NCBI GenBank assembly: GCA_965223295.1
Contig: CBDCWC010000003.1
Location: 1,879,552-1,943,551 of the forward strand
Length of the DNA: 64,000 bases
Direction: 5' to 3'
Source: Nitrospirales bacterium
GTDB taxonomy: Bacteria; Nitrospirota; Nitrospiria; Nitrospirales; UBA8639
Shown here: piece after piece, positions 51,021-60,310 of the stretch
How the letters are laid out: the number at the start of each line of letters is the position of its first letter
How positions within the stretch are numbered: the first letter of the stretch is position 1
Program-made: the position numbers and the translations under genes
The notes under the pieces: generated by a model
The model's input: only the letters and a program-made list of their open reading frames with translations
Databases searched by the model: none
What the model was told of the DNA's origin: nothing

Positions 51021-51394
51021 TCAGCTATGAAGATAGTCCTCTGGAACCGGTAGTCCTTGGATTTTGAAAAAGGTTAGCTGGTCGAAATAGCCTTTTTGAT
51101 GAACGATGTGATTATCAATCACTTGAAAGAAACCACAGCCCGCAGTCCAAGTGGATCTCGCTATTGCAGAATGGCGGTATCGCCACACTCATAGATATTT
51201 TCTTCAATACACACCATCTTGGCTCGAGAAAAATCCAATTCCAACATTTTTCTTATTGCGGCTCGTCCCTTAAGAGGTTCGGAAAATACTACTTGGTCGT
51301 TTGCCGCATCCTCAGCATATAACCCTGCGAGACCTTCAATGTCAGTACGATTGAATCTTTCAATCCATATTTGAATGAGTTCTTTAGGCGTCAT
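51021..51394 (-). pseudogene. SnoaL/NTF2-like protein pseudogene
   Basis: AILQ*RDPLGLR (TGG->TAG likely), then a frameshift into GCGFFQVIDNHIVHQKGYFDQLTF...stop at 51021. Confidence 0.8.
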
Positions 51395-51422
51395 AGTCGC
51401 ATCGATCTCCGATATTGATATT

Positions 51423-51613
51423 GGGCTTGTTGAAAAAAGCCGTCAGCGGCGTTCTCGCTATTTTCCTGTGCTCACGTACTGCCAGTATGCTCCGCGCGCA
51501 AAAAGAGCTGCGGCCTTGCTGAACGGACTTTTTTGAACAAACCCGAGGTCTCTGACATATTACCCCTCAGACACGAAATGTGGCTGAGGATATCATCATG
51601 ATTCAACAGTCCC
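51423..51613 (-). mobile_element. MITE family A, copy 5
   Basis: GGGCTTGTTGAA...TTCAACAGTCCC; flanks ATATT/ATATG. Confidence 0.85.
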
Positions 51614-51731
51614 ATATGTTGAACGCGTGCAGCAATAGTGCGTTGTTCCTAGATGAGTGGCCGCTTGTATATGACCATTGTGGGTCGTTTCTGCACAGAT
51701 TGCTGACACTGCTGACTCAGGATTTTTTGGT

Positions 51732-52181
51732 TCAGTCGCCAACATGAATTTTCGTATCGTTTGGATACGGTCGTCCTTTGCCTGTTTCAGTTAAATCACG
51801 CAAGCTCAATAGGTAACACGTCCATTTCGTTGTAAAGTACAGGAAGTCGTCCTCAGATGCAGTTGCGTTTTCATGAACCAACTCCACCCAAACCTGATCT
51901 GCATCCTGTTTGAAAGAAAAAGTCAGGTCACAGTGTTGCCAGGGTCCGGGCCCGGAAACACAATGCAGACGAATCAGTGCATTTTCTTCCAAAGCATCGA
52001 TCCTGAACGAGAGAGTGATAAAATCCGAAAAATACAGATCTAGCACTTCCCCGACCTTTGGCGTTCCACTGGTTGTTGTGGCCCACCACCCACAGAGACC
52101 CTCAGGCTCATGCATGGAACGGTAGATTGTGTTGATATCGCCGACGATACCGACACGATGTCGGACCCTTGTCATTCTCAT
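51732..52181 (-). CDS. SRPBCC (AHSA1-like) domain protein
   Basis: EGLCGWWAT, SGPGPW, TKWTCYLLSLRDLTETGKGRPYP. Confidence 0.85.
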   Translation of the reverse strand: MRMTRVRHRVGIVGDINTIYRSMHEPEGLCGWWATTTSGTPKVGEVLDLYFSDFITLSFRIDALEENALIRLHCVSGPGPWQHCDLTFSFKQDADQVWVELVHENATASEDDFLYFTTKWTCYLLSLRDLTETGKGRPYPNDTKIHVGD

Positions 52182-52270
52182 TTCTCCTAATTTTTTAGAG
52201 AACGAATATGGGGGTTTTCAACAGGTCCAAAAAACAAAATTTGGATAAAAGACGGACCATAAAAGGAAAC

Positions 52271-52300
52271 AAAAAGGGGGGCTTCCGAGCCCCCCTTTTT
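52271..52300. terminator. Bidirectional-type intrinsic terminator
   Basis: AAAAAGGGGGGCT-TCCG-AGCCCCCCTTTTT. Confidence 0.85.
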
Positions 52301-52328
52301 ATCAGCATCTTTTCCTGACAATCACGAA

Positions 52329-53003
52329 TTAACTTTTCTTTTCTTTTCCGTGGTGTTTGTATCCTCCAGGATGGCCCTTTTGCCCCATGCCACCGCCTTG
52401 ATAGGCATTTATGCGGTCATGGACGGCTTTCATGCGAGAGCGTTGTTCATCGGTTAAGACGGCTTTGGCGTCCCGGGTTGATTTGACTGAGGCTAAGTAC
52501 ATGGCGGCACGTTTGGCATAGAGATTTTTCAATTGGGTTTCGACCTCGTTGAGCGATCCTTTGTCATCCCGTAATAAATCATGGAGATCAACACTGGTGA
52601 GTTGAATGTCTGCCTTCATTTTAATCTTGGTTTTTTCAAAATTGGTTTTGATGGATTGAAGCTTCGCCACTTGATCGTCGGTAATGGCCATGCCGTCTTT
52701 GAATTTTAGAATATGATCAATGAATTTCGACGCGCTTTGGTGGGGTCCATGCCCCCCGCCTCTCATGCTCCCTTTCATGCCGTGTCCACCATGCCCCCCG
52801 TGCATACTCCCTCCAGAATAGCCTTTCCCATGTCCCATTGAGCCGGATCCATGATGTGGGGAGGTTTTTCCTTTAGCATGGTGTGCACCGCCATGGCCGT
52901 ACCCGCTAGCCATGGTGAGCATAGGAAATCCCAATACTAAGCCAAGTATTACTGTCCCAATGGAAGACAATTTAAAAACTTTTTTGCGATAGTGAGATGT
53001 CAT
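52329..53003 (-). CDS. His/Gly/Met-rich periplasmic Spy/CpxP/ZraP-like protein
   Basis: Signal peptide, His-Gly-Met-rich N-terminus, ITDDQ and VLTDEQR LTxxQ-type motifs. Confidence 0.8.
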   Translation of the reverse strand: MTSHYRKKVFKLSSIGTVILGLVLGFPMLTMASGYGHGGAHHAKGKTSPHHGSGSMGHGKGYSGGSMHGGHGGHGMKGSMRGGGHGPHQSASKFIDHILKFKDGMAITDDQVAKLQSIKTNFEKTKIKMKADIQLTSVDLHDLLRDDKGSLNEVETQLKNLYAKRAAMYLASVKSTRDAKAVLTDEQRSRMKAVHDRINAYQGGGMGQKGHPGGYKHHGKEKKS

Positions 53004-53018
53004 ATGGAAAACCTCCTT

Positions 53019-54116
53019 TCACTCTTCTGAAAGAGTGGGTTGTGGAAAAAGAATAGTATGTGACGTTGTGACAGTGATGTTTACGCGTGTGTCTATATTA
53101 TACACCGGAATTGGCAACATGCAGCAATGAATGAGTTGTCCAGAAGCCAAGCGTATCGTATAGAGCGTTTGCGAGCCCTGAAATTGCCGACTTTCAATCT
53201 TTCCAGACCCTGATTCTGAGGGAGCGAATTGAATATCATTGGGGCGGAGCATGACAAGCACCTGGCTGCCTGGCTGAAAATTCGACCGATTGGGAAAGGT
53301 GCCGATTTCTGTCTCAATATGACCATTGTGAATCACTCCAGAAATCGTATTCGCTTGCCCGATAAATTCCGCCACAAATGAACAAGAAGGTTGTTGATAA
53401 ATGGCTTCAGGCGTATCACATTGTACCAACACCCCGTTTTGCATCACGGCGACCTGATCTGCCATCGCAAAGGCTTCTTCGTGGTCATGTGTGACAAGAA
53501 TTGCCGTTGTCTGCGTTTGTCGAAGAACCTGGTACAGCTCCTTCCGCATTTTTACCGTCATTTCAGGGTCTAAATTACTAAAGGGTTCATCCAGTAATAG
53601 CAGAAGAGGCTGGGGTGCTAAGGCCCGGGCAATGGCGACACGTTGTTGCTGCCCCCCCGAAAGTTCATGCGGAAAACGATCTTCGAGACCTTGAAGTCCT
53701 ACCAATTCTAACAATGTCTGAACTCGAGACAGTCGATCAGCCGATGACCAGCGATAAAGCCCGAAGGCCACGTTATCTTCCACGCACATATGGGGAAACA
53801 AGGCATATTCTTGAAAAACCATTCCCACTCGACGCTGTTCGGGAGGCACATGTACGGAAGTTGAGGCTAGTATCTGGTCTTGTAGCTGGATGGTGCCGGC
53901 AGAAATCTTTTCAAATCCAGCTATGGCCCGCAAGGTTGTGGTTTTCCCACAGCCGGAAGGCCCTAATAGGCATAAGATACTTCCCGACTGTAAGGTGAGA
54001 GACAGGTCGCGAACGGTGGGGACGTTCGTCTGATATCCACAGGTGACCTTTTCTAGAGCTAAGAGTGGGGTCTCAACTTGTGAGGTGGTTGAAGATGTCG
54101 TGGTGTCGGAAGACAT
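53019..54116 (-). CDS. fbpC: Fe3+ ABC transporter ATP-binding protein
   Basis: GPSGCGKTT, VFQEYALFPHM, LSGGQQQR, DEPFSNLD, TOBE tail; ATG at 54116. Confidence 0.88.
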   Translation of the reverse strand: MSSDTTTSSTTSQVETPLLALEKVTCGYQTNVPTVRDLSLTLQSGSILCLLGPSGCGKTTTLRAIAGFEKISAGTIQLQDQILASTSVHVPPEQRRVGMVFQEYALFPHMCVEDNVAFGLYRWSSADRLSRVQTLLELVGLQGLEDRFPHELSGGQQQRVAIARALAPQPLLLLLDEPFSNLDPEMTVKMRKELYQVLRQTQTTAILVTHDHEEAFAMADQVAVMQNGVLVQCDTPEAIYQQPSCSFVAEFIGQANTISGVIHNGHIETEIGTFPNRSNFQPGSQVLVMLRPNDIQFAPSESGSGKIESRQFQGSQTLYTIRLASGQLIHCCMLPIPVYNIDTRVNITVTTSHTILFPQPTLSEE

Positions 54117-54172
54117 TTGGAAGCTCGACCATAAACCAGTAAGACAGGTATCACTTGCCTGTTGGATAGGAG

Positions 54173-55765
54173 CTATTGTACTGAGGCTTGCTCTGTCTGC
54201 CAATTCTTTTTGGATAATAAGAACACGGCGGGAATAGTCAGGAGGACAATCAGTAAGGCTGGTGGGGCGGCAAGCTGATACAGTTCTTCGCTGGCTTCTA
54301 GCCAAATTCGGACCGCCAAGGTATCAAACCCAATTGGACGAAGCAGGAGCGTGGCCGGCAATTCTTTCATGCAGAGAAGGAACATAAGCAACCATGCGGC
54401 AACAAACCCTTTACGGACCAGGGGAAAAGTAATCTGGAGAAAGGTCCGGATGCCTTTGGCGCCAAGATTGCGCGCCGCTTCTTCTATATTGGGATTGACC
54501 TGCTGTAGAGCGGATTCCATGGCCTGTAAGCCGGCAGGTAGGTAGTGAACTAAGTAGGCTATGATCAAAACGAAGACCGTGCCGTAAAATATGGGAATTA
54601 CATCTGTAAAGACCATGAGCAATGCCAATGCAGCCACCGGACCAGGTAGCACATAGCCAATATAAGCACCTTGCAGACAAGCCACATGCAATTTGGAGGG
54701 AATGCGCGAAGCCAGATAGGCGAGAGGCGTGCCCAAAACCAGTGCGGCCGTGGCTGCGGCAGCAGAAAGCCAGAGACTATTCCAGATGTAGAGGCTAAAC
54801 GATGTATGAATATCCCCGTTGATCCAGGCCGTGAACGTCCACTGGATGAGTAGCAACACGGGCAGGCCAAATGCTGCCATAAAAATGAAGAAGAATAGGA
54901 GATTGATACTCAGGCCTCTGGCTTGAGAGCAAGGTTTAGGGGACGCTGTCCGGACTCGGCCTGATGTCTGATAGAAACGGCTTTGCTTTCGAAACCATCG
55001 CTCGGCAAAGACAAACACCAAAGCAAAAGTGACAAGGAGTAAGCTGAGCAACGCAGCCGATTGATAGTCAAACCGTCCGGTGATTTGCTGGTAGATGGCA
55101 TAGGTAAAGGTTTGAAAGCGCAAGAGGGAAACCGCACCAAAGTCAGAGACCACGTAGAGTACCACCAAAAACATACTCGCCACCAAAGCCGGGCGGATGA
55201 GTGGCATAGAGACGCGCCAAAAGGTTTCCCAGCGAGTGGCCCCTGTGGCATGTGCGGCTTCCTCAAAAGATACATTGAAATTTTGAAAGGCAGCACGGGC
55301 AAGCAAATACACATAAGGAAACGTGTTCAGGGTCATGACGACAAGGGCGCCCATAAAACTATAAGGAGATGGAATGCGGGCGTCAGAGTTTGTGAACCAT
55401 TGCCATGCTTGTTCTACTGGGCCGGCTGTGTCTAATAAGTAGGTGTACACATAGGCCAAAACAAAGGATGGAATCGCTAATGGTAAAACAAAGCCCCAGT
55501 CCCAAAAAGCCCGGCCCCAAAAATGGTAGCGGGTGATAATCCAAGCCGTAGAGATCCCCAGCGTTAACGTGGCAAGAGATACCCCAAGGGCTAAGGAAAT
55601 GGTATTGGTGAGTAATTCAGGCAGGCGGGTGTTCCATAGATTTCCGGCTTGGGAAAGGTTACCTGTGAGAGCAGAGTAGGCAACATAGGCGAGCGGAAAT
55701 GTTAAAAAAACGGCAATGCTGATCCCCAGCAGGGAAAGCAGACTCACCCGGGATTGGCGAATCAT
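54173..55765 (-). CDS. fbpB: Fe3+ ABC transporter permease (duplicated TM domain)
   Basis: LPLAIPSFVLAY, two EEAA loops, SDFG, MKELPATLLLRP. Confidence 0.9.
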   Translation of the reverse strand: MIRQSRVSLLSLLGISIAVFLTFPLAYVAYSALTGNLSQAGNLWNTRLPELLTNTISLALGVSLATLTLGISTAWIITRYHFWGRAFWDWGFVLPLAIPSFVLAYVYTYLLDTAGPVEQAWQWFTNSDARIPSPYSFMGALVVMTLNTFPYVYLLARAAFQNFNVSFEEAAHATGATRWETFWRVSMPLIRPALVASMFLVVLYVVSDFGAVSLLRFQTFTYAIYQQITGRFDYQSAALLSLLLVTFALVFVFAERWFRKQSRFYQTSGRVRTASPKPCSQARGLSINLLFFFIFMAAFGLPVLLLIQWTFTAWINGDIHTSFSLYIWNSLWLSAAAATAALVLGTPLAYLASRIPSKLHVACLQGAYIGYVLPGPVAALALLMVFTDVIPIFYGTVFVLIIAYLVHYLPAGLQAMESALQQVNPNIEEAARNLGAKGIRTFLQITFPLVRKGFVAAWLLMFLLCMKELPATLLLRPIGFDTLAVRIWLEASEELYQLAAPPALLIVLLTIPAVFLLSKKNWQTEQASVQ

Positions 55766-55876
55766 TCAGAAGTGCTCGGTCAGTAGCCCTGGGGATTGGC
55801 TACAATAGACATCCACCCAGGCTGCAAATTGATTGCTAGGACCTGAAAGGTGGTCCATTTGTACTCAACATTTTCA

Positions 55877-56890
55877 TTAGCGAAGACCTAGATGCTGGAT
55901 TTTTTCAATAATCGGATCTCGCAATTCAGCCAACTGTGTTAGTGGAATGGTTGATGGACGAAACATCGATGCTGGAGGGATCGCAGGGTCCGCTTGGACA
56001 GAAGGGTTCACTGGATACTCCTTATTCATTTCAGCAAACATCCCTTGGCCTTTTGGGGACATCAGAAATAAGATGAGTTGGTTGGCAGGTCCCATGTGCT
56101 TCGCATGGGCCGTCAAGCCAATACCCGCGACGTTCATAATGCTGCCCATCCCACCTTTGCCTTGGTCGGTAATCAAGGGAGCGATTGGAGCCTTGGGGTC
56201 ATGAGCGAGATGGCGGAAAATATAGTAGTGATTGACAAGTCCCACGCTGACTTTCCCTTTGGCCACCGCATCCACAATCTGACGGTTTTTCCCATAGACT
56301 TCATTGCCGGCATTGTCTCGAATGCCTTGTAAAAACGTATCAACTGCCTCTTTCCCTTTCGCGGCCATGATCATTGAGGCGCCTGCTTGGAGATATTCGC
56401 TGTTGCCACTGGGGATGGCTAACTTGCCTTTCCATGTTGGTGTTGCCAGATCCAGTAATGAATCAATAGTGGAAGGGTCTACATGGTTTGTGTTGTAGAC
56501 GGGTATCCACATGCGTCCGGAGATGCCGATCCAGCTATTATCGGGGGCCCTAAATGCTTCAGGAATGTCCGTTTTTACACTTGGAAGAGTAATGGGTTGT
56601 AAGAGTTGAAGTTTGCGAGCTAACTCTAACGCCCCCGCCTCATTGGTGATAAACACATCTGCCGGTGTGCGAGCCTTTTCGGCTCGTAAGCGGTTAATCA
56701 ATTCCGTGCTACCGGCGGTGAGTAATTGGACGGAGGTGCCTGTTGTTTTCTTAAAATTGTCCAGCACTGGCTTAATGAGCCGTTCCGCCCGTCCTGAATA
56801 CACCACAACCGAGTCACTGGCAGTGGTTGCAGGGATTTCACTCAATAAACTAAACGCTAACAACCATAAAATTATTGAAAAATAAGGCAT
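55877..56890 (-). CDS. fbpA: Fe3+ ABC transporter substrate-binding protein (FbpA/FutA-like)
   Basis: VVVYSGR, TPADVFIT, LVNHYY (tandem Tyr iron ligands), NKEYP. Confidence 0.9.
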   Translation of the reverse strand: MPYFSIILWLLAFSLLSEIPATTASDSVVVYSGRAERLIKPVLDNFKKTTGTSVQLLTAGSTELINRLRAEKARTPADVFITNEAGALELARKLQLLQPITLPSVKTDIPEAFRAPDNSWIGISGRMWIPVYNTNHVDPSTIDSLLDLATPTWKGKLAIPSGNSEYLQAGASMIMAAKGKEAVDTFLQGIRDNAGNEVYGKNRQIVDAVAKGKVSVGLVNHYYIFRHLAHDPKAPIAPLITDQGKGGMGSIMNVAGIGLTAHAKHMGPANQLILFLMSPKGQGMFAEMNKEYPVNPSVQADPAIPPASMFRPSTIPLTQLAELRDPIIEKIQHLGLR

Positions 56891-56914
56891 AATTTTAGAT
56901 CTCCTAACGATTTA

Positions 56915-56933
56915 GAGAATCATTTTCATCATT
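56915..56933 (-). promoter_or_regulatory. Fur box upstream of fbpA
   Basis: Minus strand AATGATGAAAATGATTCTC, 14/19 to consensus. Confidence 0.65.
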
Positions 56934-57005
56934 GTCATTTTACTATGTCTCTTTTACCAGGAGCAAGAACGGAGTGAGACATCGAGGGGAGCTTGGGGCG
57001 AGAGG

Positions 57006-57195
57006 GGGTCGTTCAATAATGAAGATATTAAAGGCCATATTTCGTCAGGAAGCCCTTGGCGATCAACAATGTCGGGTCTGTTCAAAAAAGTCCGTCCAGC
57101 AAGGCCGCAGCCATTTTTGCGCGCGGAGCGTACTGGTCCTACGTGAGCACGGAAAAATAGCGAGAACGTCGCTGGCGGCTTTTTTCAACGGACCC
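57006..57195 (+). mobile_element. MITE family A, copy 6
   Basis: GGGTCGTTCAA...TTCAACGGACCC; perfect 5-bp duplication AGAGG. Confidence 0.85.
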
Positions 57196-57204
57196 AGAGG
57201 GTAA

Positions 57205-57639
57205 TTAGGCCGATTGGCAGGTGGCGCAGAGGCCATAGAGTTCGAGCTTGTGAGTTTCGATGGTAAAGCCATTTTTTCGAGCCACAGCTTCTTGGAGGTC
57301 TTCAATTTGGCAGTTGTTGAACTCTACGATTTTCCCACATCCGGTACAAATAAGATGATCATGGTGGCCCTTGTGGGCCACGTTGTCGAACTGTGTTTGT
57401 GTCCCAAAATGGCGTTCTTGAGCCAGACCTGTGTCGCAAAAGAGTTTAAGGGTTCGATAGATTGTCGCGAGGCCGATATGGGGGTCTTTCTTCGCTAAAA
57501 TATGATATAACTGCTCGGCTGTCACATGCTCCATTTTCAGGAACGTGGTGAGAATGAGCTCTCGCTGTCTCGTCAGCTTGAGGCTGTGTTTGGTGAGATG
57601 CTGCTTCAGCAGTTCAAGTTCTTTGACGGGTTTGGGCAT
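57205..57639 (-). CDS. fur: Ferric uptake regulator family protein
   Basis: LTRQRELIL, IGLATIYRTLKL, HHDHLICTGCG, LYGLCATC; ATG at 57639. Confidence 0.93.
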   Translation of the reverse strand: MPKPVKELELLKQHLTKHSLKLTRQRELILTTFLKMEHVTAEQLYHILAKKDPHIGLATIYRTLKLFCDTGLAQERHFGTQTQFDNVAHKGHHDHLICTGCGKIVEFNNCQIEDLQEAVARKNGFTIETHKLELYGLCATCQSA

Positions 57640-57730
57640 GGGCAGCGTTTTCCTGAAAATGAGAAAAGGTATTAAAACCCAAGAGACCTTTTTGGTCAAG
57701 GACATTTTTAAACATGGTGATCGAGAGAAA

Positions 57731-57955
57731 GGGAGTGTTGAATAATGAGGATACCGAAGGCCATATTTTGCCAAGAAGACGTTGGAGATTAGTGGCTTTG
57801 GGTCGGTTTAAAAAAGTCCGCTCGCCTGCGCGAAGCTGCTTCGGCGAAGCCAGGTTCAGCTAGGCCGCAGCTCTTTTTGCGCGCGGAGCGTACTGGTCCT
57901 ACATGAGCACGGAAAAATGGCGAGAACGCCGCTGACGGATTTTTTCAACAGACCC
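57731..57955 (+). mobile_element. MITE family A, copy 7 (nested 34-nt insert)
   Basis: GGGAGTGTTGAA...TTCAACAGACCC; perfect 5-bp duplication AGAAA. Confidence 0.85.
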
Positions 57956-57976
57956 AGAAAATAATTTGGAGTCTAC

Positions 57977-58537
57977 ATGCGAAAACCTATAGAAGTGACA
58001 AGTGATCGGGCTTGGTTGATTTATACATTGCATTTGACCGAGTCCATGGGCCTCATGAGCGACGTGAAACTGCAGCAATTGTTGTTTCTTGCAGAATTGC
58101 AGATGCTAGGTAATGGATTTAAGGGCTTACATTGGGAGTTTGTGCGTTTCCCCTATGGGGCGTTTAGTAAAGATGTGGATAATGATTTGCTCTTCTTACG
58201 TCGGAAAGAGCGCATTCAAAACTTTGATGTGATAGGCGAGGCAGAAGTTGTGGTGGAATTGATAGATCAAGTCGTGAACGATCATGAAGTCAATCAACAA
58301 ATTATGGATATGATTCGCACGGTTGTGGATACCTATGGTTCACAAGATACGAGTGAGATCATGAGTTCCGTCGAAGCTGTGGAACTAAGTCCTGCAGACA
58401 ACCCTGAACAAAAGCTAGCCATTCGGGATATTTCGTTTCACACGATTATGTTAGTGCCCTCACGAGTGGAAACGACGGAAGCCTTTACTCTTTCGGTGGC
58501 CCAGGTAAAACAGCTAAATGCTGCGATGGGATATTAA
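57977..58537 (+). CDS. Panacea/SocA (DUF4065)-like protein
   Basis: KLQQLLFLAE...FVRFPYGAFS resembles the KLqKLlyf...F.aw.yGP pattern. Confidence 0.55.
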   Translation: MRKPIEVTSDRAWLIYTLHLTESMGLMSDVKLQQLLFLAELQMLGNGFKGLHWEFVRFPYGAFSKDVDNDLLFLRRKERIQNFDVIGEAEVVVELIDQVVNDHEVNQQIMDMIRTVVDTYGSQDTSEIMSSVEAVELSPADNPEQKLAIRDISFHTIMLVPSRVETTEAFTLSVAQVKQLNAAMGY

Positions 58538-58665
58538 TTTGAAAAGGACCTGTCCCCAAGGTGAATGGGATTCTTCCCTCGGTTTGAACTGAGGTTGAAT
58601 ATTAGCAGGGGGTAGTTGTCCAGTGATTGCTTGAGAATTCGAGATGATGGAGGTTCACTATTTCA

Positions 58666-59988
58666 TCAAGGAGCAGAAGCGAATTTTTTGCTTTTGAAGA
58701 GCACGGATATAATCTCCTGCAAGAGCCGTGGATGCCTACGCGATGTGTGCAACGCTTGAAAACCAAGACGAGTCGCGGCTTTCCATTCTCCAATCTTGAG
58801 CATCATTTTCAGCCCATTAATTTGTTCATAAGCTTGTAACCAAATCTGAACCGAGGGAGAAAAAAAGTCTGAGCCGCTAGCTGTAAGCTGAGTGTTCAGT
58901 TCCCAAGCTAAAAAAAGTTCTTTTTCTGAAGAGGTTGTCTGATTTGTCTGCGAATTATGGAATTTTTTCATCGCGAACTCATATAACTTTTCTAGCTTCT
59001 CTTGCGATTGTTCCCAACTCCTTTTCTGAATGATTGTCTGACGAGCCGCTTCTCCCATTTCATATCTGAGTCCAAGATCATTGTGTAGCTGCATAGATAA
59101 TTCTAGGAATTGCTCTACATTGTTATATGGTGCAATGAAGCCATTTTTTTTATGTTCAATAAGGTCAAGAGCTACTCCTACCGGTGTGGAGATACAAGGC
59201 AGGCCGCTAGCCATGGCTTCTAGCAACGGAACGGGACCTCCTTCTATACGAGATGTAACCCAAAAGATATCAAGCGCATGATACAGTTTAGCGATTTTAT
59301 GATAGTCAGTTTCGTATGCTTGATGTATGCAAGTGATGCCAAGCTTGCGTAGTTTTTTGGCAAAGTGATGCCAGCCCGGACCAATGAGTAAAGTCGCCAC
59401 ATTGGGATGCTGTGAATGGAATTTTCTGATGCTCTGAATGAAAAAATCTAATCCTTTTCTCCCATCAAGATTGCTCGTCGATTTTCCAGAAAATCCCACA
59501 ACAAATGCTTTCGTTGGGAGCTTAAGAGCTTTTCTGATGTTTATCCTTTCTCCTTCTTTGGGTTGATGAAATATGGTGCTATCGATCCCGAATGGGATGA
59601 GAAAGGTATCTTCCTTTGGAATTCCTTTTTCAATGAGGAAATCTTGCCATTGTCGAGAGACAGTCATGACGGCGTCACTGGCGAAGAATTTGTGTATATC
59701 CGTTTTTTCGTTCATGTGGTGCAGAGTGGTGATTGTTGGGAGTTGATCGCTAGCCTGCTGCAAGGACTGGTTGCACAAAAAATGAATAAGATGAAATGGC
59801 AGGGAAAGCTTGCCAAAGTGCTTGAGTGTTTTTCGTAACGCAAATTGTGAGCAAACGGTAGCTTGTACCTCAGGATTGTTTATGGTGATCTGACGTGCAA
59901 AATTACCAATAACCCAATAGAGCGAGTCCACGATCAAAAGCACTCGTATAGGTTGAACAGAACTTTGTAAGTGAGAGGGATCATTCAT
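58666..59988 (-). CDS. Glycosyltransferase family 4
   Basis: IPFGID, RKG, SRIEGGPVPLLEAMASGLPCISTPVG. Confidence 0.92.
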   Translation of the reverse strand: MNDPSHLQSSVQPIRVLLIVDSLYWVIGNFARQITINNPEVQATVCSQFALRKTLKHFGKLSLPFHLIHFLCNQSLQQASDQLPTITTLHHMNEKTDIHKFFASDAVMTVSRQWQDFLIEKGIPKEDTFLIPFGIDSTIFHQPKEGERINIRKALKLPTKAFVVGFSGKSTSNLDGRKGLDFFIQSIRKFHSQHPNVATLLIGPGWHHFAKKLRKLGITCIHQAYETDYHKIAKLYHALDIFWVTSRIEGGPVPLLEAMASGLPCISTPVGVALDLIEHKKNGFIAPYNNVEQFLELSMQLHNDLGLRYEMGEAARQTIIQKRSWEQSQEKLEKLYEFAMKKFHNSQTNQTTSSEKELFLAWELNTQLTASGSDFFSPSVQIWLQAYEQINGLKMMLKIGEWKAATRLGFQALHTSRRHPRLLQEIISVLFKSKKFASAP

Positions 59989-60310
59989 GGAGTGGGGCAG
60001 GCCGGATCGATAGCCTAAAGCGGGGGAAGGCTCAAATATTTCATTGGCCTATTATCCCGGGATAACGGGATAGTTCTGCAGTGGTGCCATAGAAATATTC
60101 AGTTGCTGGGGAAGATTTATTCATTGAAGTTCAAGGTGATAGGGATGATAATGGTAATATTCAACACAAGAATATGATTTCTCAAAAGGTCCTCTTAGTT
60201 GAAAGAATTGATTATTTCTTTCCGTGAGCACTAACAAAAGTCATTTCAACAATGGCAATGTTCATGGTTAATTGATCTGCCTGAGTAGTCTTCTTAAAGT
60301 CAGCATCTAT

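Noticed and set aside
54117-54305. Long N-terminal extensions in the ORF track for fbpC (also fur 57640-57774 and the ANTAR gene 29223-29330)
   Set aside because: They overlap neighbouring genes or MITEs; downstream ATGs match the family starts
22344-57955. Repeats as a CRISPR array or integron attC sites
   Set aside because: Copies are dispersed, ~190 bp, in both orientations and have TIRs and TSDs; no regular spacers, cas genes or integrase
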